From contig CATKZK010000002.1 in NCBI GenBank assembly GCA_949841325.1, positions 663 to 64,662 on the forward strand: a DNA stretch of 64,000 nt. Direction: 5' to 3'. Under the pieces are notes generated by a model. The model did no database searches, had not been told where the DNA came from, and saw only the letters and a list, made by a program, of their open reading frames with translations. Source of the DNA: an uncultured Bacilli bacterium (GTDB taxonomy: Bacteria; Bacillota_I; Bacilli_A; RF39; UBA660). Shown here in pieces: positions 50,901-57,973 of the stretch; within the stretch, counting starts at the first letter, position 1; each line of letters starts with the position of its first letter. Made by a program: the position numbers and the translations under genes.

Positions 50901-53900
50901 CATTATCTTTTTGGTATAAAAATGAAGGTGTATTAGATCCTGGAATGATGGCTGATTTCTTTGGTAATTTTGCGCAGTTAGAATTTGTAAGTCCAAATGA
51001 CGAAGAATTTGGTCATGGAACTGATAATATTATTCTTAATTATCATGCTGATGAATGGCAATATTTTAGTCAGACTTATGTAGCCCTAAATGATTATGAA
51101 TCTATTTTCTTAACGATTATAAGTTCAATGGAAGCTAACAATCTATATGTCACCAATTTCTCTCTTATCAAAAATCTAGGTTCTTACTTTTATGAATATG
51201 ATGAATTTGGAAATATCATATCAACTTATGATATAACGAACCAAACAAATCAATTCAAATATGATCAAAATAACCAGCTAATTGCCTCTTTTAATCCCAA
51301 AGGAAATCACTTCTATTATGAATATGATAATGTCATTACAGATCGATTACTAAGAGGAACTAGTCCAACGGGAATAACTAACGAAATAAAATATGACACC
51401 TTTGGAAACCCTATTAAAACGATTATTAAAAGTACAAATCCACAAGGTAAAGAAATAAATGGAGATTATTATATTCGATTAAAGGGGACAAATAAGTATG
51501 TCACAGTTAATCCAATAGATAAGTCTTTAAAATCAAGTGAGGATACTTGTAATCATTATGCGTTTACATTTACGAATACAAATAACTTATATGTTATAAG
51601 ACCAACTATACTTTCAAATTATAGTTTACATACTGCAGATAATACTGTACATTGTTCAAAAGGAACACCATCTAATTTTACACTTGAACATAAAGAAAAT
51701 GGATCTTATTATATTAAAGTTGCAAATCTATATTTAAAAGAAGAAAATAATAACATTGTATTATCCTCTTTAGTAGAAAATGATGTTCATTATGAATTTT
51801 ATTTAGAAGATATTCATTCAAAAGAATATATAGAAGAAAATGCACATTATACAGAAGATGGAAGATTTATAAAAGAGACAATAGATGCTTTAGGGGAAAA
51901 AACAGTTTATGATATAGATCCAAATACAGGCCTTATTTCAACAATAACAAATGCCAATAATCAAACTACTTCATATACTTATAATCAGAAAAAAGAACTT
52001 ACAAAAGTAGAAACTGATGATAAGATAATCGAGTACAATTATGACAATAGAATGTTAAAGTCTATTCAAAGTGGAAATAAGGCATTTACTTTTGATTATG
52101 ACAATTTCCAAAAGACGAATTCTGTTAAGATTAATAACCAAAGTTTAATCACTAATGAGTATGAAGAAAATGATGGAAAATTAAAGAAGTCAACTTATGG
52201 TAATGGTGCAACTGTAGAATATACTTATGATGATTTTGATAGAATGAATACGGTTAAAAAAGGAAATAAAACATACAGTTATCATTATAATTATCAAGGA
52301 TTAATGGATTCAATCTATAATGAAACAAGTCAAGCTTTAAAATTTCAATATGATTATGCTCAAAGAGTAGCAAATATTATAATTGATAATGATTTGTCTA
52401 TTGAGTATGAGTATGATGTAAATAGCAATGTCTCAAAAGAAAAACAAGTATTTAAATCAATGGAACATACAATTGAATATACCTATAATGAAGATGACTC
52501 TATTATCAAACTAAAGGTAGATAATCAAGAAATCAATTATGAATATGATGCAATTGGAAGATTAAAGGTAAGAACAATTAATGGTGAGCTTCCAGTTGAA
52601 TATACATATAAGAGAGTAGGCAATAAAACATCTCTAATTATAGATAAAATAAAAATAGGTGAAGACATCTATCAATTTACATATGATAATCTATATAACA
52701 TAACGAAAATAACAAAAAATGAAGAAGTAGTAAATGAATACATCTATGATAATAGAAATCAACTTATAAGTGATAACAACTATGAAATCAATAGAAACTA
52801 TATCTACACTTATAATGAAGAAGGGAATATCAGCAAAAGAGAAATCAAAGATATTGAAACCAATACAACAATAAGTAGGGATACATTTGAATATACCAAT
52901 ACTTTATGGGAAGATCAACTAACTAAAGTAAATGAAGAAACGATTAAATATGACGCAATAGGGAATCCACTTACTATAGGAAATAAAGTATTAACATGGA
53001 ATAACGGAAGAGAACTAACCTCTTATCAAGATCATAATCTAGAAGTAGACTATACCTATAATGTAGCAGGACTAAGAACAGAGAAAAAAGTAAATGGAGT
53101 AAAAACGAAGTATTACTTGGAAGATGAAGACATCTTAGTTGAAGAAAGAGAAGGAGATGTGTTATACTATATACGAGATGATAGTGGAGAATTAGTAGGT
53201 GTGATGCGAAATGGAGAAATCTACTATTATCAAAAGAACTGTCAAGGAGACATAACAGGAATCTATGATAGTAGCTATAAGTTAATTGTTAAGTATAGAT
53301 ATGATGCGTATGGGAATGTATTATCTATAGAAGATAATGAAGGAAAAGAAATAACAGACAATAATCATATAGGAAGGTTAAACCCATACAGATATAGAAG
53401 TTACTACTATGACGAAGAGACAAATCTATATTACTTAAAGAGTAGATACTACAATCCATTATGGGGTAGATTTATTAATGCAGATTGTATACTAGGAGGA
53501 AATAGTAAACATTTAGGATACAACTTATTTGTATACGCCAATAACAATCCAATAACCTATATAGATGATTCAGGAGATTTTGCAATTACAGGAACAATAG
53601 TTGGTGCAGTTATAGGTTCCGCTGTTTTATTGGGATATGGAGCAGTAATTGCAACAAAGAATCTTCTTACAGCGTCAGCACCTATTATTACAAATGGTGT
53701 CGATGCTTTAAATACTGCAGTTTATAAAGCAAAAGAAAGAGCTGCAGCCGCAGCATCTGCATCTATAGCCGCAACTAAAGCAGCCAAAGCAAAAAAGAAC
53801 TCGTCAAAAAAGAAGGACAAAGAGAAATATACTGTATATAAATTAGTCGATTCATCTGGGAAAGCTCAATATGTTGGTATGACAAGTGATGAAAAAAAAC

Positions 53901-54157
53901 GTGAGCAAGCTCATAAAAGTAATCCATTTCGAAAAGAATTAACTTTTGAAAGAGAAAAATGGGACATCGAAACAAAATTGGAAGCAAGAGTATGGGAACA
54001 ATACTATATAGAATACTATCAAACGTTAAATCGAAATCCTTTAAATCCGATCAGTAATCAAATCAACAGTATTAGACCTGGATCAGAAAAATATAATAGG
54101 TATGTTGAACCATTAAAGAGAAATATGTATGGAGAAGTGTATGTAGGAGGAGAATAA
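47981..54157 (+). CDS. RHS/YD-repeat polymorphic toxin with C-terminal GIY-YIG (URI-type) nuclease domain
   Basis: About 2,058 aa. Hydrophilic N-terminus with no signal peptide, LXG or PAAR. DNRLRE-like domain (YRSLVKFELPHI...LHRMTKDWDEATANWDNL). Two CBM4/9-like modules (NLMPNGDFESDE, NLVKNSSFNN). A possible beta-trefoil insert. Many YD repeats (YxYDxxGN). RHS core end PYRYRSYYYDEETNLYYLKSRYYNPLWGRFINAD...YANNNPITYIDDSGDF. Then the CT region. The start could also be 47966 or the TTG at 47939. Confidence 0.9.
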   Translation: MKELVNLRKEKEKHYLNDDGTITAYLYDEAIHYLDKETYEEIDNTIIEKEKYYMNHKNDFQVEFYKEHFLVSVSTNKYYMNILLENSNKLQRVETKGNKITFKEIIKDVDLEYEIIGRKLKETFKLNQKGLKNVTFKINTNLELEKSDQEIIAKKDGVEHYRFDAPFLKDAKNNYFYNCEISLEKKDNCYILTYLLDEDWLEEAVYPVIIDPTITNKRNTVTDTYIYLSANGKDTTETRHTKPFIKVGVGDNTVYRSLVKFELPHIGTSAQVIHAEAYFSSHGDDRYLLGEEYTSMDKIATLHRMTKDWDEATANWDNLAEDYDPFVENYMTLSRTEVRPYPENKLILSIMPFDITNIVKKWYSGTPNYGLMMKWYEEVYDANCKEYTLYSSNNTESVEGSNPRPLLMIQYRYQNGILDYMSYQTTSLSTVNSSINNYNGNVTNVIPINQLAGSDLALNLIYNTSSVLLNEDFKIAKGWKLNYDEYVAKEIIDDIIYYKYVGGTGTIHYFYEKTFENKEKVWIDEDGLGLSLDIEKNDDGTIERFIIISKTGIKSTYLKENNYYLSRIDYVDNSYLQLVRDASNRIISVKDEKDNIISISYASNGIQFTSDSETTSITIENNLIKTIHLNIGDISINYNTNDIITKIIDVTGISLSYEYYDGIPYRLKKITNIGLNDEIGKFKTFEYHFNSTTVTDNKNNKMRYTFNNLGNTIGTVLLSKDGTLKNSFGFSDQYVDELKLPESNKPFATSVPIKYIEETETIEYGKENLMPNGDFESDETNIFTSYGNEITNETSYTGCHSIKLNSGSVGSMLLETGPHLLTAYFKNEKPITLEMQASGTSSPIFYNPITIPAHQEFTKVEIPLKVYESYESVEFYFTVEDNEIAYVDHVSLYKGEYVNLVKNSSFNNLDEMTGLIDWTVVGSNNDTGEELSDCYDIVTLDSYEKALKLKSVLNGSVVAYQSVPITGKKGDVYTLSFWYKNEGVLDPGMMADFFGNFAQLEFVSPNDEEFGHGTDNIILNYHADEWQYFSQTYVALNDYESIFLTIISSMEANNLYVTNFSLIKNLGSYFYEYDEFGNIISTYDITNQTNQFKYDQNNQLIASFNPKGNHFYYEYDNVITDRLLRGTSPTGITNEIKYDTFGNPIKTIIKSTNPQGKEINGDYYIRLKGTNKYVTVNPIDKSLKSSEDTCNHYAFTFTNTNNLYVIRPTILSNYSLHTADNTVHCSKGTPSNFTLEHKENGSYYIKVANLYLKEENNNIVLSSLVENDVHYEFYLEDIHSKEYIEENAHYTEDGRFIKETIDALGEKTVYDIDPNTGLISTITNANNQTTSYTYNQKKELTKVETDDKIIEYNYDNRMLKSIQSGNKAFTFDYDNFQKTNSVKINNQSLITNEYEENDGKLKKSTYGNGATVEYTYDDFDRMNTVKKGNKTYSYHYNYQGLMDSIYNETSQALKFQYDYAQRVANIIIDNDLSIEYEYDVNSNVSKEKQVFKSMEHTIEYTYNEDDSIIKLKVDNQEINYEYDAIGRLKVRTINGELPVEYTYKRVGNKTSLIIDKIKIGEDIYQFTYDNLYNITKITKNEEVVNEYIYDNRNQLISDNNYEINRNYIYTYNEEGNISKREIKDIETNTTISRDTFEYTNTLWEDQLTKVNEETIKYDAIGNPLTIGNKVLTWNNGRELTSYQDHNLEVDYTYNVAGLRTEKKVNGVKTKYYLEDEDILVEEREGDVLYYIRDDSGELVGVMRNGEIYYYQKNCQGDITGIYDSSYKLIVKYRYDAYGNVLSIEDNEGKEITDNNHIGRLNPYRYRSYYYDEETNLYYLKSRYYNPLWGRFINADCILGGNSKHLGYNLFVYANNNPITYIDDSGDFAITGTIVGAVIGSAVLLGYGAVIATKNLLTASAPIITNGVDALNTAVYKAKERAAAAASASIAATKAAKAKKNSSKKKDKEKYTVYKLVDSSGKAQYVGMTSDEKKREQAHKSNPFRKELTFEREKWDIETKLEARVWEQYYIEYYQTLNRNPLNPISNQINSIRPGSEKYNRYVEPLKRNMYGEVYVGGE

Positions 54158-54158
54158 A

Positions 54159-55199
54159 ATGACTAAAAGTCCAACAATAAAAAACTGTGAAGCAGGAGAT
54201 GTATTTGCTTATAAAATAGAACAGGATGAAGAATATAAGGGACGATATCTTTTATATATTCGGTGTATAGTAGATGAGTATGAAAAGGAGTATCAGGATG
54301 AAAGTGATGATAGAGAGGACACACTTTTAACATATAGAGTAAAACTAACAAATGATTGTAAAGTTCCATCAAGCCAAAAAGAACTAGATGAATTGCCTTA
54401 TATAAAGCTACGATATTTCACATATGAAAGACGTCATTTTCCATTATCAGGAAAGAAGACATATGAACAACTATTAGAAGAACGAAAAGATATCAAGTTT
54501 TATCCAGATGAATATGGGTACTTGTATTGCTATATTACTGATATTTATAAGCCAAAGAATATTAAGAAGTTCGAGTATCTTGGAAATTATAACTTAAAAA
54601 CCCCAATAAAAGAATATCTTCCATTTACATATATGCATGTAGAAATGAGCTCTTTTAAATATATTGAAGAAAATATGCTGAAGTATTATAGGGACTTCAA
54701 TTTAAAGCAGGCATACTGCTATACAAAAGAGGGAAATAAAGAAATAAGAGAAAATGCGCGTAGAGACGTCGAATTTTCATTGAGATTGGAAAAACTAATG
54801 AATTCAGGGAAAATAAAATTTGATATAAGGAATCGAAAATTAAATTATTGGAGTGAATCGCTTTATGGAAATGATGTAGCCGAGGATTTAAGAAGTGATT
54901 ATAAAAAATTCTATAATAGGAGTGTAAAAAATGGAACAAGTAATCAAGAAATGATAGATGAATTGATCGACTATTATGAAGAATATTTAGAAGATCCCCT
55001 TGATGAGCCAATCTTTTGGATGATACTAGCAAATGAACAAATGAAGAAAAAAGAATTAACCAAAGAACAAAAAGAAAAAGGGTTAAAAGCTATTGAAGAG
55101 GATTTAGAAAATTGGAAAGATGAAGAAGTATTTAATGACAGAAAAGCTGTATTAAATAAATTAAAGAAAAAGTTAGAAACATATGAGTGTAAAGAGTGA
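54159..55199 (+). CDS. Putative cognate immunity protein of the RHS toxin
   Basis: ATG lies 1 nt after the RHS stop, with SD GGAGGAG inside the toxin gene's end. 346 aa, cytoplasmic, acidic. The C-terminal YWSESLYGNDVAEDL...FWMILANEQ resembles DUF4259-type immunity domains (from memory). The assignment rests mainly on position. Confidence 0.55.
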   Translation: MTKSPTIKNCEAGDVFAYKIEQDEEYKGRYLLYIRCIVDEYEKEYQDESDDREDTLLTYRVKLTNDCKVPSSQKELDELPYIKLRYFTYERRHFPLSGKKTYEQLLEERKDIKFYPDEYGYLYCYITDIYKPKNIKKFEYLGNYNLKTPIKEYLPFTYMHVEMSSFKYIEENMLKYYRDFNLKQAYCYTKEGNKEIRENARRDVEFSLRLEKLMNSGKIKFDIRNRKLNYWSESLYGNDVAEDLRSDYKKFYNRSVKNGTSNQEMIDELIDYYEEYLEDPLDEPIFWMILANEQMKKKELTKEQKEKGLKAIEEDLENWKDEEVFNDRKAVLNKLKKKLETYECKE

Positions 55200-55225
55200 T
55201 AACCTATCACTCTTTTACTTTTATC
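55191..55225 (+). terminator. Intrinsic terminator after the immunity gene
   Basis: AAAGAGTGATA-acc-TATCACTCTTT (11-bp stem overlapping the stop codon) followed by a T-rich tract. Confidence 0.65.
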
Positions 55226-55233
55226 AAATAAAA

Positions 55234-55304
55234 GAAAGAAGGAAAAGAATATGAATGAAGAAAAAATAAGAAATTGTTTTACAGAAGTAGAAGAAGGGGT
55301 AAAT
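55234..55304 (+). repeat. Direct repeat copy B (RBS + first 18 codons of second tail-collar gene)
   Basis: See copy A at 47346-47415. Confidence 0.85.
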
Positions 55305-55678
55305 ATTGATGTTATCTATCCCCTTGGAATGAAGTAAATCCAGGAACATTTCTAAATGGAATATGGAAAAGAATTCAAAATCAATTTTTAATGGCAGCAA
55401 GTTCAACTTATCCAGTAGGAACAACAGGAGGAACTATAGGACATCACCATACTTTAAATAATGCCTATGCAAGAATTGGATGTGCTCAAGGAGTCATGTA
55501 TTACAACCGTAAATATGGAACTGCAATACCATATAATCAGACAATAGATAGCCCTAAAATGTCTCATACAGATAGACAAGTGAATCAGAATGTAGCAACC
55601 TCTCTTGATGGAAGAACAGATAATACAAGTCTATTACCTCCATATTTAGCAGTTTCAATTTTGAAAAGAGTTGCCTAA
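55251..55678 (+). pseudogene. Tail-collar domain paralog, copy 2, frameshifted and N-terminally shortened
   Basis: ATG 55251 gives MNEEKIRNCFTEVEEGVNIDVIYPLGMK then a stop (55335-55337). The homologous continuation (WNEVNPGTFLNGIWKRIQNQFL...GTTGG..HHHTL...LPPYLAVSILKRVA) is in another frame, open from 55310. The switch point lies near the CCCC run at 55320-55323. Confidence 0.6.
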
Positions 55679-55679
55679 T

Positions 55680-56311
55680 ATGAGTTATAAGTTTAAGAAT
55701 GTTATTTTAAAGCATTTTAAAGAAAAAAGACAATTAAAGTAACTTCTGATTATGGGAAGAGAAAGTATTATAATAAAATTACTAAAAAATATGTAACAAG
55801 CAATCATAAGGGAATCGATTTAATAGGTGGAAAGACCATTATTGCTGTAGAAGATGGAACTGTTACTTCTGTTAAAAAGAATGTTAAAGGATATAGTGAA
55901 AAATATTCATCTGGTAATTATGTTACAATCGCACATAATAACAATATTTCTACAGTATATTGTCATATGAAATATGGCTCTATTACCTTAAAGAAAAATA
56001 GTATTGTCAAAAAGGGAGATTATCTAGGTATTATAGGATCAACAGGGAAATCAACAGGAAAACATCTTCATTTTGCTGTAAAGAAAGGAAAAGCGTATGT
56101 GAATCCAAAAGATTATTTACTAGGTGATAAAAAAATACAAGAAACTTTAGTTAATGAATTCTTTTATATTGTTAAAAAAGGAGATACATTATCTAAGATT
56201 GCAAAAAAGTTTCAAACTACTTGGAAGAAAATTTATCAAGATAATCTATCAACTATTGGCAATAATCCTAATCTTATTAAAGTAGGTCAGGAATTGAGGA
56301 TAAGGAAGTGA
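55680..56311 (+). pseudogene. M23 peptidase + LysM peptidoglycan hydrolase (endolysin-like), split by a frameshift in an A6 run
   Basis: ATG 55680 gives MSYKFKNVILKHFKEKRQLK then a stop (55740). The catalytic frame opens at 55721: VTSDYGKRKYY...NHKGIDL (HxxxD)...GNYVTIAHNNNISTVYCHM...GSTGKSTGKHLHFAV (HxH), plus C-terminal LysM YIVKKGDTLSKIAKKF...IKVGQELRI. It has no start codon before the M at 55967. One extra A in A6 (55723-55728) would join the two frames. Confidence 0.7.
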
Positions 56312-56315
56312 TTCG

Positions 56316-56711
56316 ATGGAAAAGGTAGAAATGGGAATAAACTGTTTGGGCTTAAGTTTTTTTACTTATCTTATAGGGGGATTTGATGCTTTATTTAATG
56401 CTTTACTTATCTTTATCGTATTGGATTATTTAACTGGTTTATGTAAGGGGATTTATAAGAAGAAACTAAATAGTAAGAAAAGTATGAAAGGAATCATTAA
56501 AAAAATTGGCTATTTATGTGTTGTTGTTTTGGCAACAATATTTGGGTATATTGTTCATGATGAAAGCATGGCTATTAGAACATTAACTCTTTATTTCTTT
56601 ATTGCTAATGAGGCCATTTCCATTTTAGAAAACTGGGCAATAATCGGATTACCCCTTCCAAAAAAGCTAGTTGAAGTATTTAATGATTTAAAAGAAGATG
56701 AAAAGTATTGA
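56316..56711 (+). CDS. Phage holin, family 4_1 (toxin secretion/phage lysis holin; TcdE-type)
   Basis: 131 aa with three hydrophobic segments. The signature-like pattern is LIFIVLDYLTGLCKGIYKKKLNSKKSMKGIIKKIGYL...FFIANEAISILENWAIIGLPLP. Confidence 0.8.
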   Translation: MEKVEMGINCLGLSFFTYLIGGFDALFNALLIFIVLDYLTGLCKGIYKKKLNSKKSMKGIIKKIGYLCVVVLATIFGYIVHDESMAIRTLTLYFFIANEAISILENWAIIGLPLPKKLVEVFNDLKEDEKY

Positions 56712-56736
56712 CATATGGCGACAAAGTCTCTATTAT
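56708..56736 (+). promoter_or_regulatory. Sigma-A-type promoter of the ArpU-like regulator gene
   Basis: TTGACA (56708-56713, overlapping the holin stop), exact 17-nt spacer, TATTAT (56731-56736). Confidence 0.6.
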
Positions 56737-56770
56737 AGTTTACTCATAGAAGGTCCACTGAGGTGTAGAA

Positions 56771-57277
56771 ATGGAAGATACTTTAAATTTTCAAATACTT
56801 TCAAATTTGCCAAGTGAAGTTATTAAAATGGCTAAGAATAATGAATTTCTTACTTTATTAAATGAACCATTAATTTCCAAGTATTATGATGCAAATTTAA
56901 GAAAAGAACTTAAAGCACTATTCACTCGATTTAATGATATTAAATTCTTTTATAAAGTGAATGACTCTTATTCATTAAAAGCAAACCAAATAAGAATTGA
57001 TAAAGTGAATGGCTCTTCTCTTCATCCGAATCAAATATTAAATATGGTAGGAAGAAAGATAGATGAAGAACAGTTTGTAGAAGTGATGTATTATCGAATA
57101 TTAAATTTGTCGATAAAATTAACTTATCAAGAAGCTTTATACTTTATTAAATACTTCTTTAGTGATACAACAGAAGAAGAAATCAGTGAAATTTTAGCGA
57201 TTAGTCGTACAAATTTACAGAAGATAAAAAAGAGTTGTTTAGTAAAAGTATATTTAGAAGTTAGTGATTTGATATAG
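56771..57277 (+). CDS. ArpU-family / sigma-70 region-4-like phage late transcriptional regulator
   Basis: 168 aa. The C-terminal LTYQEALYFIKYFFSDTTEEEISEILAISRTNLQKIKKSCLVKV looks like a region-4 HTH, as in ArpU-type phage regulators. The assignment is from pattern memory only. Confidence 0.5.
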   Translation: MEDTLNFQILSNLPSEVIKMAKNNEFLTLLNEPLISKYYDANLRKELKALFTRFNDIKFFYKVNDSYSLKANQIRIDKVNGSSLHPNQILNMVGRKIDEEQFVEVMYYRILNLSIKLTYQEALYFIKYFFSDTTEEEISEILAISRTNLQKIKKSCLVKVYLEVSDLI

Positions 57278-57303
57278 GGGAATTCCCCTATATCTTTTTT
57301 TTA
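57272..57303. terminator. Bidirectional intrinsic terminator between convergent genes
   Basis: ATATAGGGGAATTCCCCTATAT perfect palindrome followed by T9, with an A/T run on the other side. Confidence 0.75.
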
Positions 57304-57882
57304 TTTTAAACTATATGTTTTTTCTTTTGGTAGGATTATTTCTTTTCCATGTAATTTTATATGCATTTTAAATTCATCATCTGTACAGTTAAAAGGGGGA
57401 GTGGGATATTCATATATTTTAATATATTGTATCTCTTTTTTACTGACTTTTTGTTGTTTATTGTGTTCAATATGTAGTTCCTTTTGAAAAAGAATTGCCT
57501 CTTCATAAGAGGAAAAAGGAAAAATTCCTCTCTTATAGTCAAAATAACAGTAGTGATTCATTTTATGGAATAATAAATAAGCATGACAAGTGAAATTTAC
57601 TTTATAGGGACAATCAAAAGTAATAAACATCGTTTTGACTTCATAGCCATGTTCTAAAAACCAAGTTCTTTCAAATTCTGTAACGTCAAAACAATGTCCA
57701 TAACCTACTTGTAATAATCTTTCAGTAGAAGATAACCTCCATTTCGTCTTACAACCTATTTGGAACGCTTGCATATCAAAACTACCATATACCCTTCCTT
57801 CATCATCGACAAAGCCGTATTGAATATTTTGATACATAAATTCTAATAATTGTCTAGGTGTTTTTATCTCTTCATACTCCAT
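57301..57882 (-). CDS. Hypothetical protein, possible transglutaminase-like/papain-like fold
   Basis: Start MEYEEIKTPRQLL after SD GGAGG (internal start chosen). GYGHCFDVTEFERTWFLEHGYEV...CHAYLLF suggests a Cys...His arrangement. Weak assignment. Confidence 0.4.
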   Translation of the reverse strand: MEYEEIKTPRQLLEFMYQNIQYGFVDDEGRVYGSFDMQAFQIGCKTKWRLSSTERLLQVGYGHCFDVTEFERTWFLEHGYEVKTMFITFDCPYKVNFTCHAYLLFHKMNHYCYFDYKRGIFPFSSYEEAILFQKELHIEHNKQQKVSKKEIQYIKIYEYPTPPFNCTDDEFKMHIKLHGKEIILPKEKTYSLK

Positions 57883-57973
57883 GAATCTTCCTCCAATTAA
57901 AATGTATTTTAGCACTAATTCTCTCTTTATAAAAGTATAATTCATGGTATAATAAAAATAAGAAGGTGAATGA

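Noticed and set aside
47981-54157. Assigning the RHS toxin to T7SSb (LXG), T6SS (PAAR/VgrG) or Sec/WapA-type export
   Set aside because: The N-terminus is hydrophilic, with no signal peptide, no LXG-like helical domain and no PAAR motif. No Ess/Esx or T6SS genes are nearby. A distant secretion system cannot be excluded from a 64-kb window.
47362-57277. Interpreting the region as an intact prophage
   Set aside because: Only tail-collar, hydrolase, holin and ArpU-like genes are present. No integrase, repressor, replication, terminase, portal, capsid or tape-measure genes and no att-like tRNA junction are visible in the window.
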